This document shows positions 53,600 to 64,000 of a stretch of 64,000 nt of DNA, piece after piece. The stretch comes from an uncultured Planctomycetota bacterium (GTDB lineage: Bacteria; Planctomycetota; Planctomycetia; Gemmatales; Gemmataceae), in contig CAWKHF010000001.1 of assembly GCA_963849325.1 (NCBI GenBank), positions 32,001 through 96,000 of the forward strand, given 5' to 3'. The translations under genes were made by a program, and so were the position numbers. Within the stretch, counting starts at the first letter, position 1. Every line of letters starts with the position of its first letter. A model generated the notes under the pieces. The model ran no database searches and was not told the origin of the DNA. It worked only from the letters and a program-made list of their open reading frames with translations.

Positions 53600-54444
53600 T
53601 CACGCAGCGCCTTGAGCAACACGATCGACGTCGCGCGTCTCGGCCACGTCATGCACGCGGACGATCTGGGCGGTCTGGCGAACGAGGGCGTAACAGGCGG
53701 CGGCCAGCGAGCCGGCCAACCGCTGCTCCAGCGGCCGGCCCAGCACCTGGCCGAGGAATCCCTTGCGCGACACGCCCAGACAGACCGGCCGGCCCAGACG
53801 CTGCAATTCCTCCAGACGGGCCAGCAGTCGCAGGTTGTGCGCGGTCGTCTTGCCGAAGCCGATGCCGGGGTCGAGCACGACCTGCGAGGCTGCTATACCC
53901 AGATCGACGACGGCCTGCAACCTCGCCTCCAGGAAGGCGGCCACCTCCGCGACCACGTCGTCATAGTGCGGCTGGACCTGCATGGTGGCGGCGTGCCTTG
54001 CATGTGCATGAGGATGACGCCGGCCCCGAAGGACCGCACGACTTCCGGCATGGCCGGGTCGCCTTGCAGGGCGGTGATGTCGTTGATGACGTGCGCGCCC
54101 GCCTCCAGCGCCTGGCGGGCGACCTCCGCCTTGCACGTGTCCACGGACAGCGGCACCGTGGTTAGCGCGGCCAGGCGGCGGACCACCGGGACGACGCGGC
54201 GCCAGTTCTTCTTCGGTCGAGACGGGCTGGGCGCCGGGCCGGCTCGATTCGCCGCCGATGTCGAGCAGGTCGGCCCCCTGCTCGACCAGCCGCAGGGCAT
54301 GCGCGACGGCCGCGTCCGGCGTCGGCGAAATCGGCCGCCGTCGGAGAAGCTGTCGGGCGTGACGTTGACGATGCCCATGACCAGCGGCGGGTCGCCGGGC
54401 GTCAGAGTGCGGTCGCGCAGTTGCCAGGTCCGGGAGGCAGCCAT
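53600..54444 (-). CDS. folP: Dihydropteroate synthase (frameshifted)
   Basis: MGIVNVTPDSFSDGG, SVDT, INDI, LDPGIGFGK, GVSRK, VRVHDV. Confidence 0.95.
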
Positions 54445-54448
54445 CGGC

Positions 54449-55329
54449 TCACCAGGGCACTTCCATCATCGACACGATCTGGTCGGCCATGCGATTGACG
54501 TTGTCCTGCTGGGCCGTCGAGATCGACTGGCCGAGTTCCGGCCGGTAGTAGGCGAGCGAGCGCACGAGCACGCCCTGGAGATCGGCCGGCCGGTGAGGCC
54601 GACGGAAGCCGGCGTGGGCCGGCATGCCGCCGGCACGGAGACGCCGGGCGAGCCGGGAACCTGGTGCCGACCGCCGGACGGCGGATGCCGGCGTCGCGGT
54701 GGGCGGTCGTCGGCCATCGTGGCCGGCTGTCCGCCGGGGTTGTTCGGCGCGGTGAGGAGAGGCGCCTGCGATCACGCCGGGCGAACCCGGCGGCGCGTTC
54801 AGCGGGTCCAGCTGATTGGGCAGCAGCCCGGCCGGCGGCAGCGGCTCGGTCGGACGCTGCGCCGCGACGACAGAATCTCGCCGGTGCGCAGGTCCTTCCA
54901 CAACACCTCGACCGTCAGCGTCGTCTGCACCTCGCGCTGTTCGTTTTGCTGGGTGTAGTTCAGGGCCAGCTTCGTGGAAGCTGAGGATGGAGCCGGAGAT
55001 TTCCGTGTCGGCATCGCCGGAGACGACCTTGTACGGCGTCTTCTGCTCGATGGCGCGCACGATGGCCAGCGTCAGCTCATCTCCAGGCCGGGCACCGGCA
55101 CGACGGCCCAGAACGTCGGGTCCTTGAAGATCTTCACGCGCACGGTCTTGAAGCGTTTGTCGTAGTTGGGCGCGGTGCCGTAGCCGAAGAGGACAGGTTT
55201 GCCGCCGTTCCAGCTGAACACCTGGCTCCAAGTGCAGGCGGGCACGGACAGGCTGACGCCGGCCAGTGCCAGCAACACGGAGCGGCGCGACCATTGCCGC
55301 GGTGTCCCTCGCTCGGCGAGTTTGTCCAT
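54449..55329 (-). CDS. lptE: LptE-like LPS assembly lipoprotein (frameshifted)
   Basis: Lipoprotein signal, KTVRVKIFK, LTLAIVRAIEQKTPYKVV, PELGQSISTA..MADQIVSMMEVPW. Confidence 0.7.
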
Positions 55330-55369
55330 GTCCTCCTCCGTTTGGCGACACGCCAATGACATCGATTTG

Positions 55370-56718
55370 TCAGTTCCCGCCGGCGCCGGGGGGCAGTGGC
55401 CGCGGCGGCGGGGCCGTCTCCGGCGTGCGGGTGCGCCATCGGCGCCGCGTTGAGTCCGCCCGGCAGCGGCCGCGGCGGCGGCATAACTTCCGGCTCGTTG
55501 GTCACGCGGCGCGGCTGGCGCCAGCTGCTCGATCGGCCGGCGCAGCTCCGGCTCCGGCGGCGGACCCAGCCGGTCGCGCTGTTCCTTCTCCATCTTGGCG
55601 CGGATCTCCAACATCCGCTGCGTCGCTCGGCTGGCGGCCGAGTCCGGTCGCGTGTCCGGGTAACGACGGCGGACGATCTCGTAATAGAAGTAGGCCGAGC
55701 CGGGATGGCCGGTGCGGCGCCAGAACTCGGCCATCTGGAAGTCCTTCTCCGCCTGCTGGGCGCTGATGCTGGCCAGCAGTTTGACCAGGTCTCTGCTTGC
55801 GCTGATCGTTCATCTGCGGCATGCGCAGCGCCTCGTCCACCAGCTTGCGGGCCTCGGCGACCTTACGGCCATCGTACAGCTCGCCGCCGGTGCTCATCAG
55901 CTTGGCCTTGATCGCCAACTCGACGGCGTAGGGCGCGAACGGGACTGTCCGGGTAGTGCTCGTGCAGCGTGGTGAAGTCGTGGTCGGCGTCCGTGTAATC
56001 CTCGTTGAACCAGTTGACGTGTACCGCACAGGTACAGCGCCTTGTCCGCCAGCGCCCCGCCCTTGCCCTCGTAGGTGTACACGTCCTTCAGTCGCTCGAT
56101 GGCCCGGCCCTCGCGGTCGATCAGCGGCTTACGTTTGTCGAGGTTGACGAAGCGCGGCCAGACGACCCAGCGCTTGCCCTCGCGCTTCTCCTCGGTCTCG
56201 CGCACCTCGACCCAGGTGTCTTGCAGCCAGAAGCGGGCGATGTCGTAGATGTGCTGGATGGCCTGGTCGCGGTAGGGGTTCTGCGTATGGTTCTTCAGCA
56301 GGTCGGCGTAGGTGTCGGCCGCCTTGGGATAATCGCCCTGCATGCGCAGGCACTCCGCCTCGTAATACAGGGCTTCCTGCACGAGGTGGATGGGGTTTTT
56401 CTCGTTGTTGGCGACGTGGTGATACAGCTTCTCGGCCTTGGCGTAGTCTTCACGGCGGAAGAACTCGCGGGCCCCGGCCAGCTCGGCCTCGGCGCCCTTG
56501 TCCTTGGGCGTCGTCTCGGCGACGAGGGCGCCGTTGCGCAGCACGAAGCTCTCGACGGGCGGCGGCGGCGGCATCGGGCGGCTTGAAGGGATTCATCTGG
56601 TCCCAGGTGCAGCCGCCGACGAAGTACGAAGTAGCCAGTACGAAGTACGACAAGAGAGGCGATCCTCTTCGTCCTTCTTTTCTTGTACTTCGCAGTTCGC
56701 ACTTCGTGCGTCGTTCAT
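55370..56718 (-). CDS. bamD: BamD-like TPR lipoprotein (frameshifted; ends approximate)
   Basis: FVGGC lipobox, EALYYEAECL TPRs, MAEFWRRTGHPGSAYFYYEIVRRRYP. Confidence 0.7.
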
Positions 56719-57479
56719 CAGCTCCCCAGGTAAGACAGCAACCGCGGCCGGCGGCCCAGCAGGTAGCGTCACGTACTGCCCGAGCAGCTGCCGAACTTCC
56801 GCCCGCACCTCCGTGCCCCAGGGACGTCGCCAGGCCTCGCCGGGTTCGGCCAAGTCGCACAGCGTCCGCCAGGTTCGCGGCGACAGCGGCCGGCTGTCGC
56901 GCTGTCCGCCCCGGCAGCCGCGACAGAGCACGCCGTTGGCCGACGGACTGAAGGCCAGCTCCGTTTCCAGCGACCGGCCCGCCGCAGCCGGCACAGTGAT
57001 CGAGGACGGGGCTATACCCCAGCTCGCGCAGCAACACCATCTCAAATCGCGCCATGCGCGGCCCACATTCGACCGTTCGCGGTCCCGCCTCCGTCAAGCC
57101 GATTTCCCGCAGCGTGTCCAGCGGCCTCGTCGAACAGCGGCGGATGCGGATCGTAGTCCTGCGTCCAGTCGGCCAGCAGCTCGGCGACGTAGTAGGCGGC
57201 ATACAGGGCGGCGAGGTCCGTCCGCAGCCGCGGGAATCGCTGGATGACCTGGGCCTCCGTCAACAGGTCCAGACTGCCCGATGATTTGCGGAGGAAGACG
57301 ATACTGCACAGCGGTCAGCAAGTCAAGGGCATTCTCGAAGTTGGACTTGAGCCGCCGTCCCGCCCTTGGCCAGGGCGCGCACCTTGCCGAACTCGCGCGT
57401 CCACAAGGTGGCGATGCGGCTGCTCTCGCTCCAGTCGGTGGTCCGCAGCACCAGCGCCATGCGCCTTCTCCGCAGACAT
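56718..57479 (-). CDS. recO: DNA repair protein RecO (frameshifted)
   Basis: GRRLKSNFENALDL, LYAAYYVAELL, RFEMVLLRELGYSP, CAGCG. Confidence 0.88.
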
Positions 57480-57518
57480 GCGTAACTCCAAATAACCACC
57501 ACAATAAAGAATAACTTC

Positions 57519-57582
57519 GTTTAGCCGCGACGCGCAGCGGAGCGCGGGAGTCTCCGCGCTCCGCTGCGCGTCGCGGCTAAAC
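57519..57582. repeat. REP-like palindrome family B
   Basis: GTTTAGCCGCGACGCGCAGCGGAGCGCG...CGCGCTCCGCTGCGCGTCGCGGCTAAAC; copies at 59127 and 63179. Confidence 0.9.
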
Positions 57583-57586
57583 TCTT

Positions 57587-58028
57587 CTACTCCGCGATGT
57601 CGGGCAGACCGAGTTGCGCCAGGTAATGGCGCTCGCGCTCGACGCATGGCGGCCCGGTCGGCGTCGTCGTGGTCGTCGTAGCCGCACAGGTGCAGCAGGC
57701 CGTGAATGACGTAGAGGGTCAGCTCCGCCTGCACGTCATGGCCGCGAGCGGCGGCCTGCTCGACGGCGACCTCGACGCCGAGGACCAACTCGCCCGCCAG
57801 CTTCGCCGCGCTCGGCTCGCTGAGAGGAAAGCTCAGCACGTCGGTCGGCTCGTCGTGTTGCAGATAGCGTTGATTGAGGCGATGAATGGTGGGGTTATCG
57901 ACGAAGGCCAGGCTGATCTCGTAATCGGCCACGTCCTCGCCGGCCAGGACGGCGCGCACCGCTTCGCGCATGCGGCCGCGGTCGATGGGCACGATCTCCT
58001 GCGGGCTGGCGATGGAGATGCGACTCAT
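57587..58028 (-). CDS. ybeY: rRNA maturation RNase YbeY
   Basis: PTDVLSFP, HGLLHLCGYDD. Confidence 0.93.
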
Positions 58029-58047
58029 GATGTCACGCACAGACGTC

Positions 58048-58112
58048 GGCGAGCGGGGTCGCGTTAGCGCCCCGAGGGAAGCACTCGGGGCGCTAACGCG
58101 ACCCCGCTCGCC
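58048..58112. repeat. Palindromic REP-like hairpin
   Basis: GGCGAGCGGGGTCGCGTTAGCGCCCCGAG...CTCGGGGCGCTAACGCGACCCCGCTCGCC. Confidence 0.75.
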
Positions 58113-58120
58113 TCATTGTA

Positions 58121-59009
58121 TCACGCCGGCACCGGCGGTTCCTGCTGCTCCTGGCGCTCGACGCTGAGGACGGTGGCCTGGCCGCGCTCGTCCAGCTCGA
58201 CGCGCGCCGACATCACCGTCGGCGTCTCGCCGAGCACTTCGCGGGCCAGGGCGGCGTAGTCCTCGGCGCCGTGGCAGTGCGGCGCGTAGGCGAAGATCGA
58301 CTGGCCGAAGCTCGGACACTCCGCCAGCTTGATGTTGCGGCGGATGCGCGTGCCGAAGATGCGCGCCTTGGCCCACGGAGCGTTGGTGCCGCGGCTCTTG
58401 TCGAGATAGTCCTGCAAGTCCTGCACCACTTCCTGCGCCAGCCGCGTGCTCGACTCGTACAGCGACAGCACGATGCCCGTCACCTTCAGGGCCGGGTTGA
58501 TGCGCTTGGCGACGAGCGCGGTCGTCTCGAGCAGCTTGCCCATGCCGTGCAGGGCGAGGAAGTGCGGCTGCAAGGGGATGAAGACTTCGTTGGCCGCCGA
58601 CAGGGCGTTGAGCGTCAGCACGCCCAGCGACGGGGCGCAGTCCATGAAGACGAAATCGAAGGCGCCTTCGTCCTGCAGCAGCAGGTCGCGGAGGATGACT
58701 TCGCGGCCGACGACGCCGGCCAGCTCGACCTCGGCGGCGGCGAGGTTGATGTCGGAGCCGGCCACCCACAGGTTGTCGCTCGACCTTGCGGCGCACCTCG
58801 GCCAGCGGCCGGTTGTTGACCAGCACGTCGTACATCGACGGCGACTTGCCGTCCGGTTCGATGCCGAGGTGGGTGGTGGCGTGGGCCTGCGGGTCGAGGT
58901 CGAGGACGCAGACGCGCTGGCCGCACTCGGCCAGGGCCGCGGCCAGGTTGACCGCCGTGGTCGTCTTGCCCACGCCGCCCTTTTGATTGATGATCGCGAT
59001 CCGTCGCAT
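58121..59009 (-). CDS. parA: ParA/Soj family ATPase (frameshifted)
   Basis: [37 protein letters not shown]. Confidence 0.9.
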
Positions 59010-59126
59010 GAGTGGTCCTCGTTTGGGGCCGTCCGTGGTTCCTTTACGAGAACGGGGATTATACGGCGGACGGGCAGAGGCGCGAACCCCAAGGCGAGGC
59101 CGCGACATGGTATCATGAACACCATA

Positions 59127-59196
59127 TCTCCGTTTAGCCGCGACGCGCAGCGGAGCGCGGAGTCGCGCTCCGCTGCGCGTCGCGGCTAAACGGAGA
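59127..59196. repeat. REP-like palindrome family B, copy 2
   Basis: Near-identical to 57519-57582. Confidence 0.9.
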
Positions 59197-59214
59197 ATGG
59201 TCACGAGGTCTGCC

Positions 59215-60132
59215 ATGAGCGCATGGAAACTGGACGTTCGCCCGGAGGTGGCCGACGCCCTGGAAAGGCGTCGGCCCGTGGTGGCGCTGGAATCGACGCT
59301 GATCACCCACGGCTTGCCGTGGCCGACGAACCTGGAGACGGCGCGGGCGGCGGAGGAGGCCGTGCGCGCCGAGGGAGCGGTGCCGGCGACGGTGGCGGTG
59401 TGGCAGGGTCGGCCGGTCATCGGACTCGACGCGGCGCAGCTGGAGCAGTTGGCGCGGCAGCCGGACGTGCGCAAGGCCAGCAGCCGCGACCTGGCCGCCG
59501 CCGTCGTCCAGGGCGCCTTCGCCGCGACGACGGTGGCGGCGACGATGGTGCTGGCCCATCGCGCCGGTCTGCGCGTCTTCGCCACCGGCGGCATCGGCGG
59601 CGTCCACCCCGGCCGCAGCGGCGCGGCCTTCGACATCTCCGCCGACGTGATCGAGCTGTCGCGCACGCCGGTCGCCGTCGTCTGCGCCGGCGCCAAGGGC
59701 ATCCTCGATCTGGCCGCCACGCTGGAAATGCTGGAGACGATGAGCGTGCCGGTGGTCGGCTATGCGACCGACGAATTCCCGGCGTTTCTGCTGCGGTCGA
59801 GCGGTCTGCCGGTCAGCGCCCGCGTCAACTCGCCGGCAGAAGCGGCGGCCTTGCTCGACGCTCACTGGCGCCTGGGCGGCGCAGGCGTCGTACTGGCCCA
59901 GCCGTTGCCGGCGGAGGCGGCCCTGGATGCCGCCGACTTCGACAGGGCGCTGGTGCGAGCCGAGAGCCAGGCTCGCGCCGCCGGCGTGCGCGGCCCGGCG
60001 CTGACGCCGTTTTTGTTGGCCCGCCTGGCCGAGTTAACCGAGGGACGAACGCTGCGGGCCAACCAAGCCCTGATCGTGGCCAACGCCCGCCTGGCGGCCC
60101 GCGTCGCCGCCGCCCTGATCGCGGGAGGTTGA
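59215..60132 (+). CDS. psuG: Pseudouridine-5'-phosphate glycosidase
   Basis: [38 protein letters not shown]. Confidence 0.93.
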   Translation: MSAWKLDVRPEVADALERRRPVVALESTLITHGLPWPTNLETARAAEEAVRAEGAVPATVAVWQGRPVIGLDAAQLEQLARQPDVRKASSRDLAAAVVQGAFAATTVAATMVLAHRAGLRVFATGGIGGVHPGRSGAAFDISADVIELSRTPVAVVCAGAKGILDLAATLEMLETMSVPVVGYATDEFPAFLLRSSGLPVSARVNSPAEAAALLDAHWRLGGAGVVLAQPLPAEAALDAADFDRALVRAESQARAAGVRGPALTPFLLARLAELTEGRTLRANQALIVANARLAARVAAALIAGG

Positions 60133-60133
60133 C

Positions 60134-60844
60134 ATGCGGCTGCTGGCCATCGGCGACATTCACGGCTGTTTGCGCGCCTTCGACACCCTGCTCGACATCG
60201 TGGCGCCCACCACGGACGACCTCCTCCTCACACTCGGCGATTACGTCGATCGCGGCCCCGACTCGCGCGGCGTCCTCGACCGCCTCCTCGCCCTGCACGA
60301 GACCGGCCGCCTCGTCGCCCTGCGCGGCAACCATGACGTGATGATGCTCGAAGCCCGTCATCTCACGGACCCGCTCTGGCTCGCGTGCGGCGGAGTCACT
60401 ACCCTCCGCTCCTATGGCGCCACCGATCCGCAAATCGAGAACGCGATCGACGGCATCGACAGCCTCGACGATCTGCTGGCCGGAGTACCGCCGCGTCACT
60501 GGCAGTTCCTCGAAAACGATTGTCGGCGCTGGTACGAAACCGAGACCCATTTTTTCGTCCATGCCAACGCCGACGCCGACCTGCCGTTGGATCGGCAGTC
60601 CGATGACATGCTGTACTGGCAGAAGCTAATCCGGCCGTGCAACCACGTCTCCGGCAAGACCATGATCTGCGGCCACACGCGGCAGAAGACGGGCCGGCCG
60701 CTCGATCTGGGCACGAGCATCTGCCTCGACACCAACGTCTACGAAGACGGCTGGCTGACGTGTCTGGACGTAGACACCGGCCGCATTTGGCAGGCGAACG
60801 AGCTGGGCAAGACCCGCACCGGCTGGCTCGGCGACGACGCCTGA
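60134..60844 (+). CDS. Metallophosphoesterase (PPP-family phosphatase)
   Basis: GDIHG, GDYVDRG, RGNHD, CGHT. Confidence 0.92.
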   Translation: MRLLAIGDIHGCLRAFDTLLDIVAPTTDDLLLTLGDYVDRGPDSRGVLDRLLALHETGRLVALRGNHDVMMLEARHLTDPLWLACGGVTTLRSYGATDPQIENAIDGIDSLDDLLAGVPPRHWQFLENDCRRWYETETHFFVHANADADLPLDRQSDDMLYWQKLIRPCNHVSGKTMICGHTRQKTGRPLDLGTSICLDTNVYEDGWLTCLDVDTGRIWQANELGKTRTGWLGDDA

Positions 60845-60949
60845 CGTGGACGGCCGCTTGTGGCCGTCGTTTCGATTTCCTACAATGTCCCGACATTTGC
60901 GGAAAAGCGATCCCGCGACTCCAGTTTGGCCCCAGCAAGGGAGAGCATC

Positions 60950-63169
60950 ATGATGCAGCAGAAGCGATGGCGTACCCCGCGGAAATGTCTGCTTCTCCTG
61001 GCCGCGGCAGCGCTGTTGGCCGCCGTCCCACAGGCCCGGGCCGAGGACAAAAAGCCGGATGCCTCGCTGGCCCTCATCCCCGCCGACGCGGCCTACTACA
61101 GCGCCATGCTCCGCAACCGCGAGCAACTCGACGCCGTCGCCAAGAGCAAGGCGTGGGCCCGCATCACGCAATTGCCCACCTTTCAGCTAGCGTGGGGGAT
61201 CGTCCAGTCGCAATACACCGGGGACGAAGGCAAGCTCGCTCCCCTGCGCGAATGGGTCGAACAGCCCGACAACCGCGAGTTGATCGACGTGCTCGCCGAG
61301 GCCGTCTCCGACGAAATTTTCTTCTACGGCGACGCCACCTGCACCGACTTCTCTCACCTGTACGCCCAGGTCAACATGGCCCGTTACCTGGGACCGGCGG
61401 AGGAAATCATTCGCAACCCAAAAATCCTCCAGAACAAGCAAGAGCTGAACCAGGCCATGAGCCAGGCCCAGGTGCGGGCCGTCCTGCGTGTGCTGGCCCG
61501 CAACCCCGACAAGGTGCGCATTCCCGATTTCGTCATCGGCTTCAAGATCGCCAGTCCCAAAAAGGCCGAGGCCCAGCTCAAACGACTGGAGGCGCTGCTG
61601 GAAGCGGTGGCCGCCCAGCAGCCGATACTCCAGGGCCGCGTCAAGCGCGTCAAGCTCGGCACCGGCAATTACCTCACCTTGAACCTCGACGGTTCGATGG
61701 TGCCGTGGGATCCCGGCGCCATCACCGATCTGGCCGAGGCGGCCGGCGAGTTCGATGGCGTGGTGAAGAAACTCAAGGAACTGAAGCTCACCTTCAGCCT
61801 CGGCGTGCGCGACAACTTCCTGCTTTTCGCCATCGGCTCGTCCGCCGACGTACTCGGCAAGCTGGGCGGCTCGACCGAACGCCTGACCACACGGCCGGAA
61901 CTCAAGCCGCTGGTGCGCGTCGCCGACAACCGCCTCACCGGCATCAGCTACACCAGCAAGGCGCTCAACGCCAGCTCGCAGATGAACCAGAAGGACATCG
62001 ATCGCTTGGCGCTCCTGGCCCGGCAAGGATTGGAGGCAGCCGGAGTGCCGGAGGAACGGCGCAAGGCCATCGAGAAGGACGTGATCGACCTGGCTGGCGA
62101 GATGAAGAAGGGCATGCCCGATCCGGGGGCGGCGCTGGCCTTCGCCTTCCTCAGCGAGCGCGGCTACGAGAGCTACGATTATCAGCACGGTCAGTTCCCC
62201 GATCGGGACGGCTCCAAAGCGCTGACGCTGCTCAACCACGTCGGCGGCGATCCGATCCTGGCCGTCGTCGGCCGCTCCCGGGGAGCGCTCGAACAGTATC
62301 GGAGCCTGTCGAAGTGGGTTCGCAAGGCGTATGGCCACGTTGAGCCGCTGATTGTGGAGAAGCTGGACAAGGACCAACGAGAGCAGTACGAGAAAGGCCG
62401 CGACGCCTTCATGCCGCTGTTGAAGCGGCTCGATAAGGCGACGAGCGAGATGCTATTGCCGGCGCTGGCCGACGGCCAGGCCGGATTCGTCCTTGATGCC
62501 AAGTGGAAGAGCAAGCAGTGGCACAAGGACATGCCGGCCAGCGACAAGGCGCTGCCGATGCTGGAGCTGGGAGTGATCGTCGGTGTCAGCGACGCCGACC
62601 TGCTGGAAAAGGCGATGAAATCGTACACGAAGATCGTCGAGGACGCCTTGGCCAAGGCGAGGGAGATGGCCCCGCCGGGTGAAGTGCCGCCGATCAAGAT
62701 CCCCGGACCGGAGGTCAAGACGGTCAAGGCTGGCAAACTGTACCTCTATCCTCTGCCGTCCGAGTGGAAGCTCGATGCCCAGGTGGCGCCGACGGCCGGG
62801 CTGTCGGCGCGAGTGGGCGTGCTGGCGCTATCGGCCGGCCACGCCGAACGGCTGCTGGAGAGCAAGCCGCTCCAAATCGATGGCGGCCCCCTGTCCGACG
62901 CGAAGCGGCCGCTGGCCGGCGCTTCCTACTTCCGCTGGCCGGCCTTCGTCGATGCCGTCACGCCCTGGATCTTGTTCGGGCTGGAGCAGGGACACGCCGA
63001 GAAGCTCTTGCCCGGCGCCGGCGATGAAAAGATGGCGCGCGAGCAATTGTTCAAGCAGGTGCGCACCGTACTCGACGTACTGAAGGTCTTCCGCGTCTCG
63101 ACCAGCGCCACCTACGTTGAGGACGGCGTTCTCATCACGCATAGCGAAACGGTGGTCCGCGACGAGTAA
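60950..63169 (+). CDS. Large secreted hypothetical protein
   Basis: Signal peptide (CLLLLAAAALLAAVPQARA); intact ORF of about 740 aa. Confidence 0.8.
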   Translation: MMQQKRWRTPRKCLLLLAAAALLAAVPQARAEDKKPDASLALIPADAAYYSAMLRNREQLDAVAKSKAWARITQLPTFQLAWGIVQSQYTGDEGKLAPLREWVEQPDNRELIDVLAEAVSDEIFFYGDATCTDFSHLYAQVNMARYLGPAEEIIRNPKILQNKQELNQAMSQAQVRAVLRVLARNPDKVRIPDFVIGFKIASPKKAEAQLKRLEALLEAVAAQQPILQGRVKRVKLGTGNYLTLNLDGSMVPWDPGAITDLAEAAGEFDGVVKKLKELKLTFSLGVRDNFLLFAIGSSADVLGKLGGSTERLTTRPELKPLVRVADNRLTGISYTSKALNASSQMNQKDIDRLALLARQGLEAAGVPEERRKAIEKDVIDLAGEMKKGMPDPGAALAFAFLSERGYESYDYQHGQFPDRDGSKALTLLNHVGGDPILAVVGRSRGALEQYRSLSKWVRKAYGHVEPLIVEKLDKDQREQYEKGRDAFMPLLKRLDKATSEMLLPALADGQAGFVLDAKWKSKQWHKDMPASDKALPMLELGVIVGVSDADLLEKAMKSYTKIVEDALAKAREMAPPGEVPPIKIPGPEVKTVKAGKLYLYPLPSEWKLDAQVAPTAGLSARVGVLALSAGHAERLLESKPLQIDGGPLSDAKRPLAGASYFRWPAFVDAVTPWILFGLEQGHAEKLLPGAGDEKMAREQLFKQVRTVLDVLKVFRVSTSATYVEDGVLITHSETVVRDE

Positions 63170-63178
63170 GGACTCGTC

Positions 63179-63245
63179 CGTTTCGCCGCGACGCGCAGCG
63201 GAGCGCGGGTTTGTCCCGCGCTCCGCTGCGCGTCGCGGCGAAACG
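63179..63245. repeat. REP-like palindrome family B, copy 3
   Basis: CGTTTCGCCGCGACGCGCAGCGGAGCGCG...CGCGCTCCGCTGCGCGTCGCGGCGAAACG. Confidence 0.88.
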
Positions 63246-63351
63246 AAGAAGAGCCAAGTCGCAAGCGGCGCAATCTCCTCCCGCCTCTCCTTCGTCTTAG
63301 GAGAGGAGCGTCTGCGAACTCTCTCTACCCGTTTTCGCGCAGGAGTCAGCC

Positions 63352-64000
63352 ATGTCCGATCGTTTTTCCTTCCGCTGGGCCGCGGTGCTGGCCGTCCTGG
63401 GTGGTTCCGTCCTCCCCGCTGGTGCCGCCGACAAGCCCGAGACCAAGAAAGCCAAGCCGAGTATCGAGGTGGTGTTCTGCCTGGACACGACGGGCAGCAT
63501 GGGCGGCCTGATCGAAGGGGCCAAACAGAAGATTTGGTCCATCAGCAACCAGATCGCCGGCGGCAAGCCGACGCCGGAATTGAAGATCGGCCTGGTCGCC
63601 TACCGCGACCGCGGCGACGCCTACGTCACCAAGGTCATCGACCTGACCGACGACCTCGACGCCATCCACGGCAAGCTGCGCGAGTTCCAGGCCGGGGGCG
63701 GCGGCGATGGGCCGGAGAGCGTCAACCAGGCGCTGGACGACGCGGTACACAAGATCAAGTGGAGCACGGACAAGAAAACGCTGCGCATCCTTTTCCTGGT
63801 GGGCGACGCGCCGCCGCACATGGATTACAAGGACGACGTCAAGTATCCCGATACCTGCAAGAAGGCTTGCGAGAAGGGTATCCTCATCAACACCATTCAG
63901 TGCGGCGGCGATGCCGAGTGCCAGAAGCACTGGAAGGAAATCTGCAAACGCGCCGAAGGTTCTTACGCCCAGATCGCCCAGAGCGGCGGCGTGGTGGCCA
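63352..64000 (+). CDS. Secreted von Willebrand factor A domain protein (runs off the window)
   Basis: AGGAG RBS, signal peptide, MIDAS motif VVFCLDTTGSMG, GLVAYRD, GGGDGPE, FLVGDAPPH. Confidence 0.9.
   Translation, partial: MSDRFSFRWAAVLAVLGGSVLPAGAADKPETKKAKPSIEVVFCLDTTGSMGGLIEGAKQKIWSISNQIAGGKPTPELKIGLVAYRDRGDAYVTKVIDLTDDLDAIHGKLREFQAGGGGDGPESVNQALDDAVHKIKWSTDKKTLRILFLVGDAPPHMDYKDDVKYPDTCKKACEKGILINTIQCGGDAECQKHWKEICKRAEGSYAQIAQSGGVVA

Overview
High-GC bacterial DNA, most likely Planctomycetota (Gemmataceae-like, judged from the L28 sequence, the gene content and the palindromic REP-type repeats). The window has two parts. (1) Positions 1-~29450 look like the right arm of an integrative element or defence island. 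It starts with the 3' end of a large SNF2/methylase-type helicase and a secreted protein. Next is a co-oriented cluster of about 14 kb: an HTH-CHAT (caspase-like) protease, a SprT-like metalloprotease, a P-loop/transmembrane protein and a compact, very divergent contractile injection system. That system has TssB/TssC-like sheath genes resembling the Bacteroidota T6SS-iii type, two Hcp/TssD-like tubes, a short VgrG, a TssF-like baseplate, an eCIS-type spike tip, and PD-(D/E)xK nuclease and phospholipase A2 candidate effectors with no obvious immunity genes. The island continues with an AbiE toxin-antitoxin pair, a PIN protein, a four-repeat protein and a type I-G Cas7-Csb2-Cas3-Cas8 operon with no array or cas1/cas2 in the window, and ends at a tRNA-3'-like att candidate. 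(2) Positions ~29600-64000 are mostly core genome: gnd, XPB helicase/DUF790, CRTAC1/FG-GAP, nitrilase, rpmB, gatC/gatA, proA, cdaR/cdaA, folP, lptE, bamD, recO, ybeY, parA, psuG and others. Many genes, including essential ones, are broken by single-base indels, so frameshifts here are probably long-read errors rather than pseudogenes. All family calls come from motifs recognised by eye and recalled family consensus; no database search was run.
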